Shown here: positions 38,404 to 46,727 of the stretch, in pieces
Layout of the letters: each line of letters starts with the position of its first letter
Position numbering within the stretch: the first letter of the stretch is position 1
Assembly (NCBI GenBank): GCA_965204755.1
Contig: OZ242011.1
Location: 2,944,001-3,008,000 of the forward strand
DNA from: Candidatus Marinacidobacterium sp.
GTDB lineage: Bacteria; Acidobacteriota; Vicinamibacteria; Marinacidobacterales; Marinacidobacteraceae
Direction of reading: 5' to 3'
DNA: 64,000 bases
Notes under the pieces: generated by a model
The model's input: the letters and a program-made list of their open reading frames with translations, nothing else
What the model was told of the DNA's origin: nothing
The model's database searches: none
Program-made: the position numbers and the translations under genes

Positions 38404-39276
38404 CTACGGGGCTTCCGGCTCCGCCGGAGTTTCCGGGGCGGGGTTCGCCATCGCCCGGGTCAGCGCCTCCCCGATCGGTCCGCCCATCCGGCTCAGCATC
38501 ATCATCTCGAAGTCGCTTTCCGCCCACGCCCCGTTCTCGACGAAGAGCGACAGCAACTCGGCGTTCTGCGTCATCGCCAGGGCCTTGAGGGGCGGCGCGT
38601 CCTCGTCGGATCTCAGGTTCGGATCGGCGCCGCGCTCGAACAGCATCCGCGCGAATTCCATCTCGGCGTCAGGGGCGGGCGCGCCCGCGTCGGTTGCGCC
38701 GCCCCGGGCGCGGCGAAGGAAGATGCCGCCCACGACCTGCATCAGCGCGGTGGTCCCGTTGGTTTCCGACCGGGCGTTCGCTTCAGCGCCGGCTTCGAGC
38801 AGGCGGCGGCCGGCGTCCACGGCTGCTGCCGCGGCCGCCCGCATGAGCGCGGTCCGGCCCTGTCCGTCCTGCGCCTCGAGGTCGGCGTCGGCCTCGAGGA
38901 GGAGGTCGACGATCGGCGCCTGTCCCGCTTCGGCCGCCTGGTGGAGCGGGCGGTGCCCGTTCTTCGACTCTTCGGCGTTCGGCGGGACGCCCTCGGCCAG
39001 GAGTTCGCGGACGCGGGCCGCGTTCCCGTCGCGGGCGGCCAGGACCAACTGTCCTTCCGGCGTGTCCTCGGCCACTTCGGCCCGGGCCGCCAACTCTTCC
39101 TCGAGGCCCGGCGCGGCGTTGACGCTGATGTTGACGCCGGGGCCCGGCGAATCGGTCTCATCGGACGGGGCGATCCGAACGGAGCCTCCGAGCCGGAGGA
39201 CCGCGAAGGCCACCGTCGCGAGCAATGCCACGCCGCCCAGCGCGGCGATCCAGCGGAGTTTCCTGGCGTTCGCCAT
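38404..39276 (-). CDS. Membrane-anchored ankyrin-repeat protein
   Basis: N-terminal TM segment; PLHQAA, TALMRAA, GADPN. Confidence 0.82.
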   Translation of the reverse strand: MANARKLRWIAALGGVALLATVAFAVLRLGGSVRIAPSDETDSPGPGVNISVNAAPGLEEELAARAEVAEDTPEGQLVLAARDGNAARVRELLAEGVPPNAEESKNGHRPLHQAAEAGQAPIVDLLLEADADLEAQDGQGRTALMRAAAAAAVDAGRRLLEAGAEANARSETNGTTALMQVVGGIFLRRARGGATDAGAPAPDAEMEFARMLFERGADPNLRSDEDAPPLKALAMTQNAELLSLFVENGAWAESDFEMMMLSRMGGPIGEALTRAMANPAPETPAEPEAP

Positions 39277-39435
39277 CGGAGTTCCCCTTTCCGGCGGGCA
39301 TTCCGCCGTCGCGCCCAATATATTCGTACGGACGAGAACCGTTTTTTAAGTACCCCGGCGCGGGGCGCTCTCAAGTTCTGCCGCGGCTGCGCCGCGCCGG
39401 CGGTGATGACCGGGCGGCCCCGCCGGCCGATCGGC

Positions 39436-40965
39436 TCAGCGAGCGGGTGTTTTCTTCGTGGAGAGGCGCGGCCAGAGCGGGTCGCCGCCGCGCGTCGCCA
39501 AGGCCCGGTCAGCGCGGAAGGCCGCGTACTCCGCCAGCGCCGGCGGGCCGCTCCCGACCGGGGTTCCGAGGCGCGACAGGATCTCGGCGCTCGAATCCGG
39601 CATGACCGGCCACAGGAGGGCCGCCGCGGCGCGGGTGGCTTCGGCGGCTTCGTAGAGCGTTTCGTCGAGCGCGCCGGCCCGCTCCGGGTCCTTCGCCAAC
39701 TTCCACGGGGCGCGTTCGGTGAGGAACTCGTTCACGGCGTCCACGATCCGGAACGCCGCCGCCGCGCCTTCGTGGAGGCGCAGCGACTCCATCGCCGCGC
39801 GGCAGTCCGCCGCCGCCCCGGACACGATTCCGCCCAGCCGGGTCCGCGCCGACGGTTCGAGCCGGCCGTCCCGGTACCGCCCGGCCATCGAAGTGATCCG
39901 GCTCACCAGGTTGCCGAGCGAGTTGGCGAGGTCGGCGTCGTAACGCGCCTCGAACCGGGCCCAGGAGAAATCCCCGTCCTGTCCGTAGGCGATCTCGCGC
40001 ACGAGGAACAGCCGCAGCGGATCCGGGCCGAAGTGGTCCGCCGCCTCCAGCGGGTCCACGGAAGTGCCCAGCGACTTGCTCATCTTCTCGCCCATGAAGT
40101 TGACGAAGCCGTGGCCGAAGACCTTTCGCGGAAGCGCGACTCCGGCGGAGAGGAGCATCGCCGGCCAGATGACCGCGTGGAACCGGGTGATGTCCTTGCC
40201 CACGATGTGGAGGTCCGCCGGCCACCTTTCGTCCCAGCCGGCTTCGTCGTCGCCGTAGCCGGTCGCCGAGAGGTAGTTGATGAGCGCGTCGAACCAGACA
40301 TAGACGACGCTCTTCTCGTCGAAGGGGACGGGTATGCCCCAGTCGAGCCCCGGCCGGCTCACCGAGAGATCCGTCAACCCCGCCTCGAGGACTCGGGTCA
40401 GTTCGTTGCGCCGCGTTTCCGGTTCGATGAAACCGGGGTCGTCCCGGTAGAGCGCGAGCAGGCGGTCGCCGTAACGCGACAGCCGGAAGAAGTGGTTCCG
40501 CTCGCTGATCCAGTCCGGCTTGCCGCGGTGGATCGGGCAGATTCCGTCGTCGAGGTCCTTCTCCTGCTTGAACGCTTCGCAGGAAACGCAGTACCAACCC
40601 TCGTAGGTTCCCTCGTAGAGGTCGCCGGCGTCGCGGATCGCGCCCAGCAGTTTCTGCACGGCCGTCCGGTGCCGCCGTTGGGTGGTGCGCATGAACTCGT
40701 CGAACGAGATGTTCAACTTCGACCAGACGCCGCGAAACACTTCCTCCATCCGTTCGCAGTAGGCGAGGGGTTCGAGCCCCTGCTCGGCGGCCTTCCGGCG
40801 CACATTCAGCGAGTGTTCGTCCGCCCCCATCAGGAAATGGGTGTCGTACCCGGCGCACCGCCGGAACCGGGCGATCACATCCGCGGTGATCTTCTCGTAG
40901 GCGGTGCCGAGGTGCGGGGGCGAGTTGACATAGTCGATCGCCGTGGTGAGGTAGTAGCGGGGCAC
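39436..40965 (-). CDS. metG: Methionine--tRNA ligase (short form)
   Basis: YLTTAIDYVN.PHLG, YEGWYCVSCE, YVWFDAL, GKDI, KMSKS. Confidence 0.96.
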   Translation of the reverse strand: MPRYYLTTAIDYVNSPPHLGTAYEKITADVIARFRRCAGYDTHFLMGADEHSLNVRRKAAEQGLEPLAYCERMEEVFRGVWSKLNISFDEFMRTTQRRHRTAVQKLLGAIRDAGDLYEGTYEGWYCVSCEAFKQEKDLDDGICPIHRGKPDWISERNHFFRLSRYGDRLLALYRDDPGFIEPETRRNELTRVLEAGLTDLSVSRPGLDWGIPVPFDEKSVVYVWFDALINYLSATGYGDDEAGWDERWPADLHIVGKDITRFHAVIWPAMLLSAGVALPRKVFGHGFVNFMGEKMSKSLGTSVDPLEAADHFGPDPLRLFLVREIAYGQDGDFSWARFEARYDADLANSLGNLVSRITSMAGRYRDGRLEPSARTRLGGIVSGAAADCRAAMESLRLHEGAAAAFRIVDAVNEFLTERAPWKLAKDPERAGALDETLYEAAEATRAAAALLWPVMPDSSAEILSRLGTPVGSGPPALAEYAAFRADRALATRGGDPLWPRLSTKKTPAR

Positions 40966-41086
40966 GCGGCGGGGATTCTACGGAGCGCGGCGCGGGTGGG
41001 GGCGTTCCGGGGGCCGGGCGGGCGAGGGAGCCGGCGCGGGGCGTCTCCCGGTTGACCCCGCCCCCCGGCTTGGGCAGACTCGCCGG

Positions 41087-42571
41087 ATGCCCGGACACCG
41101 CTCCCGCCGCCGCGCCCCGGTCCGACTGGCCGGATTCGCGGCCTTCGTCTTCGCCGCGATCGGCCCGGTCGTCGGGCCGGCAGCCGCCGCCCAACTCTCC
41201 TCGCGCGCGGTCGCCGACCGGGGCCCCCGGGCCTACGCCATCACCGGCGGCGCGGTGCATCTCGGCGACGGAACCGTCCTCGACGGCGCCGTCGTCGTCC
41301 TCGAAGACGGCCTGATCACCGCGGTGGGGCCGGACGCCGCCGCTCCTCCCGGCGCCTGGGAGATGGACGCGGCGGGGAAGCACCTCTACCCGGGCTTCAT
41401 CACCGCGCTCAGCGACCTCGGCCTCGCCGGCGGCGGGCCGGCCGCCGCCTCGGGGGCGCGGCCGTCCGGCGGGCCGGCGGCCGGCGATCCGCGTCCGGCG
41501 CGGGGCCCGGAAGACCGGCCGGCGACTTTCTCCTGGCGGCGCGCCGCCGACTCGGTGGCGGTGAGCGACGACCGCATCGCGGCCCGCCGCAGCCGCGGCT
41601 TCACCTCCGCGCTCTCCGTTCCCCGAAACGGCATCGTCTCCGGGCACGGCGCGTTCCTGAACCTGATCGAGACCGGGGGCGCGGACGCCCGCGACCTGGT
41701 GCTCTCCGAGGAGGCGGCGCTCATGATCCGGCTGGAGACGGCGAGTTTCCGGTCGTTTCCCGGCTCGCTGATGGGCGTGATCGCCTACCTCCGGCAGTTG
41801 TTCCTCGACGCCGCGCACTACGGCGCCGTTCGCGCCGCCTACGACGCCGACCCCGCCGGGCTGCCGCGGCCGCGATACGACCGGACGCTCGGCCCGCTCG
41901 CGGCCGCGGTCGCCGGCGAGCAGCCGGTGCTCCTTCCGGCGAACCTGGACAAGGAAGTGCGGCGCATGACGCTCCTGGCGGAGGAACTCGGCCTCCGCCC
42001 GGTGCTCTACGGCGGCCACGAAGCGGCCGACTCCGCTTCGTTCCTCGCCGAGCGCGGCGTCCCCATCCTGGTGAACCTGGACTGGCCGAAGGCCGACGCG
42101 GACGCCGATCCCGAAGCGCAGGTTCCGCTTCGCGACCTGCGCCTGCGGGATCGGGCGCCGGCCGCGCCGGCGGCTTTGGCGGCCGCGGGGGTCCGCTTCG
42201 CGTTCTACCGGCAGGCGGCGTCCCGAGGCGGGGGGCGCTCGGGCGGGCCTCCCGGAGGGCGGCGCGGCGGCGGGGCGTCCGACGATCTCGCCGCGGTGCG
42301 GCAGGCGGTGGAACGCGGGCTCGATCCCGAAGCCGCGCTCACCGCCCTGACCCTCGCGCCGGCGGAGATCTTCGGCGTCGACGACCGGGTGGGGACGCTC
42401 GCTCCGGGGAAGATCGCCAACCTGGTGATCGCCGACGGCGACCTGTTCCGCGGGGAAGCCGCGATCTCCGCGGTCTTCGTGGACGGCGTGGTCCACCATC
42501 CGGAAACCGATTCGGACACCGGAGAAGAAACCGACTCCAACTCCGGGCACACCCCGGGAGACCCCACATGA
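41087..42571 (+). CDS. Secreted amidohydrolase-family protein lacking HxH
   Basis: GKHLYPGFI, FPGSLMG, GTLAPGKIANLV. Confidence 0.82.
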   Translation: MPGHRSRRRAPVRLAGFAAFVFAAIGPVVGPAAAAQLSSRAVADRGPRAYAITGGAVHLGDGTVLDGAVVVLEDGLITAVGPDAAAPPGAWEMDAAGKHLYPGFITALSDLGLAGGGPAAASGARPSGGPAAGDPRPARGPEDRPATFSWRRAADSVAVSDDRIAARRSRGFTSALSVPRNGIVSGHGAFLNLIETGGADARDLVLSEEAALMIRLETASFRSFPGSLMGVIAYLRQLFLDAAHYGAVRAAYDADPAGLPRPRYDRTLGPLAAAVAGEQPVLLPANLDKEVRRMTLLAEELGLRPVLYGGHEAADSASFLAERGVPILVNLDWPKADADADPEAQVPLRDLRLRDRAPAAPAALAAAGVRFAFYRQAASRGGGRSGGPPGGRRGGGASDDLAAVRQAVERGLDPEAALTALTLAPAEIFGVDDRVGTLAPGKIANLVIADGDLFRGEAAISAVFVDGVVHHPETDSDTGEETDSNSGHTPGDPT

Positions 42572-44028
42572 GTTTCTCCATTCGCCGGAGGCCGGCCGCC
42601 GCGGGCGCGGTCCTCGCGTTCTCGCTCTGGGCGCCTTCCGGTTTCGTCTTCGCCCAGGACCTGGTCGTCCGCGGGGCGACCGTGCTCACCGTCACGAACG
42701 GCGTACTGGCGCCGGGAGCGATACGCATCGAAGACGGCCGCATCGCGGAAGTCGGCGCGTCGGTGGAAGTTCCCTCCGGCGTCGAAGTCATCGAAGCGGA
42801 CGGCATGTTCGTGATGCCGGGCATCGTGGACGCCCATTCGCACATCGCGGCGGAGTCCATCAACGAGGGCAGCGTCGCGGTTTCTTCCATGACCGGGACC
42901 GGCGATGTGGTGGACCCGTACGACATCGCCATCTACCGCGAGTTGGCCGGCGGCGTCACCACCTCGAACATCCTCCACGGGAGCGCGAACCCGATCGGCG
43001 GGTTGAATGTGGTGATCAAACACCGCTGGGGCGAAGACGCCGAGGGGCTGGTGTTCGAGGCGGCGCCCCCGGGAATCAAGTTCGCGCTCGGTGAAAACCC
43101 GAAGCGGTCGCGCGGGACGCCTCCGGGAGTGGAGCGGCGCTATCCGGCCACCCGGATGGGCGTCGTGGATGTGATCCGCCAGGCGTTCGTCGAAGCCCGC
43201 GCCTATCGGCAGGCGTTTCGCGACTACGAAGCCGCGAAGGCGGCGGGCCGGCCGGCGCTCCCGCCGCGCCGCGACCTGAAACTCGAACCGCTGGTGGAGA
43301 TCCTGGAGGGCGAGCGGTTGGTGCACGCCCACTGCTACCGGCAGGACGAGATCCTGCAGTTGCTGCGCGTGGCCGAGGAGTTCGATTTCCGCATCGCCAC
43401 CCTGCAGCATGTGCTCGAGGGCTACAAGGTCGCCGACGAAATCGCGGAGCACGGCGCCGGCGCCTCCACTTTCTCCGACTGGTGGGCCTACAAGGTGGAG
43501 GCCTACGACGCCATTCCCCACAACGCGGCGCTCATGGCCGAGCGCGGCGTGCTGGTCTCCATCAACTCGGACAGCGCCGAAGAGGCGCGCCACCTGAACC
43601 AGGAAGCCGCGAAGACGGTGAAGTGGGGAGGAATGACCGAGGAGCAGGCGCTCGCCACGATCACGATCAACGCGGCGATCCATCTCGGGATCGGCGACCG
43701 GGTCGGCTCCATCGAAGTCGGCAAGGACGCCGACCTGGCGGTGTTCGACCGCCACCCGCTCAGCACCTTCGCGGTGAACCGGTTCACCGTGGTGGACGGC
43801 GAAGTGCTGTTCAGCATGGAGCGCGACCGGGAGATGCGCGAAGCGATGACCGCCGAGCGCGCGGCCCTGGAAGCGAAGTTCGAGGCCGAGTCGGAGAGCG
43901 CCGCGTCGTCGGGCGGCCGCCGCGCCGGCGGGCCGCCGGGTCGGCGCGGGCCGGGCGCCCCGCCGGACGGGAAGTCGGACGGGAAGTCGGACGGGAAGTC
44001 GGACGGGACGAGGGGAGTCCGGCGATGA
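42568..44028 (+). CDS. Secreted amidohydrolase
   Basis: PGIVDAHSH, KFALGENPK, YPATRMG, INSDS, GSIEVGKDAD. Confidence 0.9.
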   Translation: MSFSIRRRPAAAGAVLAFSLWAPSGFVFAQDLVVRGATVLTVTNGVLAPGAIRIEDGRIAEVGASVEVPSGVEVIEADGMFVMPGIVDAHSHIAAESINEGSVAVSSMTGTGDVVDPYDIAIYRELAGGVTTSNILHGSANPIGGLNVVIKHRWGEDAEGLVFEAAPPGIKFALGENPKRSRGTPPGVERRYPATRMGVVDVIRQAFVEARAYRQAFRDYEAAKAAGRPALPPRRDLKLEPLVEILEGERLVHAHCYRQDEILQLLRVAEEFDFRIATLQHVLEGYKVADEIAEHGAGASTFSDWWAYKVEAYDAIPHNAALMAERGVLVSINSDSAEEARHLNQEAAKTVKWGGMTEEQALATITINAAIHLGIGDRVGSIEVGKDADLAVFDRHPLSTFAVNRFTVVDGEVLFSMERDREMREAMTAERAALEAKFEAESESAASSGGRRAGGPPGRRGPGAPPDGKSDGKSDGKSDGTRGVRR

Positions 44029-45383
44029 CCGCGTTTCCTCGAAGCGCCCGCTTCCTGCGGGCGGCGGCGGTGTCCTCCGCCGTGGTTTCGGCGGCGCTGC
44101 CGGCCGCCGCGTCCCGGGCGGCGCAACCCGCCGAGGACGAGACCTACCTCATCCGCGGCGCCACGATCCACACGATGGTCGAGGGGGATGACCCCATCGA
44201 GTCCGGCTCCATCCTCGTCCGCGCCGGGCGCATCGTGGAGATCGGCGAAGTCGCGCCGCCCGAAGGAGCGGTCGTGATCGAGGCCGACGGTCTCGAGGTG
44301 TATCCCGGAATGATGGACTCGGTGAGCCAACTCGGCCTCACCGAGATCGGCTCGGTGGCCGCCACCGTGGACACCACCGAACTCGGCGAGATGAACCCGC
44401 ACCTCCGCGCCGCGACGGCGATCCATCCGGCGAGCGAACACCTGCCGGTGGCCCGGGCGAACGGCATCACCCACGCGGTCGTGGCCCCCGGCGGCCTCGG
44501 CGGTTTCGGCGGCGGCGGCTCGGGCATCTCCGGGCAGGCCTCCATCGTCCACCTCGACGGCTGGACCGTCGAGGAGATGGGCATCGAGGTTTCCGCCGGC
44601 ATGGTGGTCCTCTGGCCCCGGCCCGCCACGCGCTCGCGCAACGCGACCACTTTCCGCATGGAGCGCCGCTCCTTCCGCGAGGCGAAGGAGGAATACGACC
44701 GCGCGGTGCGCGAACTCGGCGAAGTATTCGCCGCGGCCCGGCGTTACGCCTCGCTCGGGGAGCCCGGCCCCGGCGAGCGCGACATCCGCCTCGAAGCGCT
44801 CGGCCCGGTGCTGCGGGGGGAGACGCCGCTGCTGGTGCTGGCCCAGGGCGCCCGCGAAATCCGCGACGCCGTGGCCTTCGTCGAGGGAATCGAAGGCGCC
44901 CGCATGATGCTGCTCGGCGGCCGCGACGCCTGGAAGGAGAAGGAACTCCTGGCCGAAAAGAACATCCCGGTGATCCTCGGCCCCACCCAGAGCCTTCCGC
45001 CGGAGGAAGACGATCCCTACGACCGCGCCTTCACCACCCCCGGCGAACTCCACGCGGCGGGAGTCACCGTGGCCTTCGCCACCTTCGGCTCCTCCAACTC
45101 CCGCCTCCTCCCCTACGAAGCCGGCCACTCCGTCGGGTACGGGATGCCCCGCGCGGAAGCCATGCGCGCCATCACCGCCGTGCCGGCGGAACTCTTCGGC
45201 CTCTCGGAGGACCTCGGCACCATCGAGGAAGGCAAGGTCGCCAACCTGATCGTCGTCACCGGCGACCCCCTGGAAATCCGCACCGAGGTCCGCGAAGTCT
45301 TCGTGAACGGCGTCCCGGTCTCCCTGGACAACCGCCACCGGTCCCTCTACGAGAAGTACCGCTCCCGCCCCGCGCGGCGGTGA
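44025..45383 (+). CDS. Secreted amidohydrolase-family protein lacking HxH
   Basis: YPGMMDSVSQLGLTEI, RANGIT, GTIEEGKVANL; ATGA coupling to the upstream gene. Confidence 0.85.
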   Translation: MTAFPRSARFLRAAAVSSAVVSAALPAAASRAAQPAEDETYLIRGATIHTMVEGDDPIESGSILVRAGRIVEIGEVAPPEGAVVIEADGLEVYPGMMDSVSQLGLTEIGSVAATVDTTELGEMNPHLRAATAIHPASEHLPVARANGITHAVVAPGGLGGFGGGGSGISGQASIVHLDGWTVEEMGIEVSAGMVVLWPRPATRSRNATTFRMERRSFREAKEEYDRAVRELGEVFAAARRYASLGEPGPGERDIRLEALGPVLRGETPLLVLAQGAREIRDAVAFVEGIEGARMMLLGGRDAWKEKELLAEKNIPVILGPTQSLPPEEDDPYDRAFTTPGELHAAGVTVAFATFGSSNSRLLPYEAGHSVGYGMPRAEAMRAITAVPAELFGLSEDLGTIEEGKVANLIVVTGDPLEIRTEVREVFVNGVPVSLDNRHRSLYEKYRSRPARR

Positions 45384-45389
45384 CCCCGG

Positions 45390-45421
45390 CCCCGGCGCGG
45401 CCGTTCGCGGCCGCGCCGGGG
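45390..45421. terminator. Perfect 14-bp hairpin between convergent genes
   Basis: ccccggcgcggccg-TTCG-cggccgcgccgggg; no U-tract. Confidence 0.55.
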
Positions 45422-45432
45422 CGGCCGACGGG

Positions 45433-46401
45433 TCAGTCCAGCGTCGAGATCCGCTTGCGGAAGATCTCGTACAGCAGGTTCAGCCTCTCAGTGAGCCACT
45501 GGTAGCCGGCTTCGCGTTGACCCTCGTCCTGCCAGTTCGGATCCTGAGTCCTGCAATAGATCTTGCGCTGGATCGTGTCCGTGTTCGTGTCCCACACGAG
45601 ACCGTCATCACCGAACTGTTCGCCGAACTGCGCGTCGATCTCTGCGCGCTGCCGTTCGAGTGCCCTGAACCGCTCCCCAGCTCTGTCCCCAAAGAGCACG
45701 AATTCGCTGCGCAACTCAGGCGGATCATCTGCCCACGAACTCGCCGCAATCGCCTGAAGCCCGAAGCCGTCCTTGCCGATGGCCAAGGTCATCGAAGACG
45801 CAGCTTGCGGAGCGGTGGGACGAAATCTCGCCTTGTGCCTCTTGGCGTAGTCGACGAAGCCTCGCCAGAATTCAAGTTGGGCCATCTTCACCGGTGGCAA
45901 CTCAATGGGCCGGTTCTTCGTCCAGTCGTTCGGCTTAGCCACGATGTTGAACTTCGGAGCGGGAAGCGAGTCGTCGATTCTCCAGACCTCGATCTCAAGT
46001 CCGAAGAAGCGAATGTTCTCTCGTGTGTTCTCGTTCAGCCAGTCGAGTGCTGCCCGATGTTCGTCAGTGAACCGCTTGGCGATCCAGATCACCTTGAGCG
46101 CGTTGAGCCCTGCCGCGTAGGTCAGGATCTGACCGAGATGGCTGTGATCGGTCCTTTCGAGTTGGTTCTCGATGACGACTCTGCTGCTGTCCGCCGTATC
46201 GAAGGCGAGGATGTCGGCGGCGTAGTCTCCGACGCCTACCTCGGCGCCTTCCAACTTCAGTTTCATTCCCAAGACCTCGCCGAGGAATTGCAGGTTCTCG
46301 TCTTTCGCCAGCCACGGAGTGAAGTCACCGGCCTCATGTTTCCACACTTCCCGTTCCTCCACGCGGGACAGGCGAGAAAGGGGTTCGATAGACAGACTCA
46401 T
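45433..46401 (-). CDS. DUF4268 protein with N-terminal PD-(D/E)XK (NucS-like) nuclease domain
   Basis: REVWKHEAGDFTPWL, ADIL..VVIENQLERTDHSHLGQILTYAAG, WLNE. Confidence 0.85.
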   Translation of the reverse strand: MSLSIEPLSRLSRVEEREVWKHEAGDFTPWLAKDENLQFLGEVLGMKLKLEGAEVGVGDYAADILAFDTADSSRVVIENQLERTDHSHLGQILTYAAGLNALKVIWIAKRFTDEHRAALDWLNENTRENIRFFGLEIEVWRIDDSLPAPKFNIVAKPNDWTKNRPIELPPVKMAQLEFWRGFVDYAKRHKARFRPTAPQAASSMTLAIGKDGFGLQAIAASSWADDPPELRSEFVLFGDRAGERFRALERQRAEIDAQFGEQFGDDGLVWDTNTDTIQRKIYCRTQDPNWQDEGQREAGYQWLTERLNLLYEIFRKRISTLD

Positions 46402-46727
46402 GGCTTGGGCGGAACGGGCTCCGGGCGACCGAAGCCTATCATGAACGGCGCCAAGTCGGCATCATGGTGCGGCTGACGCTTTCGGGAACACCGATTCCCG
46501 TCACGGCGCGAGTGGCCGGCTATCGCTCGGCACTTGCCCGGTCCGGCGAGGTGCAGTGCGCGAGGCCGCCGTGGCCACGACGGCCGAAGTTCGGCGCAAC
46601 CCTCGGTCGCCGTGGACCCCGGCCTCGCCCAGCCGGCTGCGCCCACACCTGCAAGAATTCACCACGCACGGCGCGATATGGAATCCACACCCTCCACAAC
46701 TACTCTGAATCACAGACTCGGGAAGGA

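Noticed and set aside
36223-41055. Very long alternative-frame ORFs (1610 aa here; also 16204-20304, 11872-15192, 39509-42550)
   Set aside because: Shadow ORFs overlapping well-supported genes, expected in high-GC DNA with few stop codons.
46402-46727. ncRNA or small gene in the gap between DUF4268 and the RM gene
   Set aside because: No recognisable RNA family or convincing ORF.
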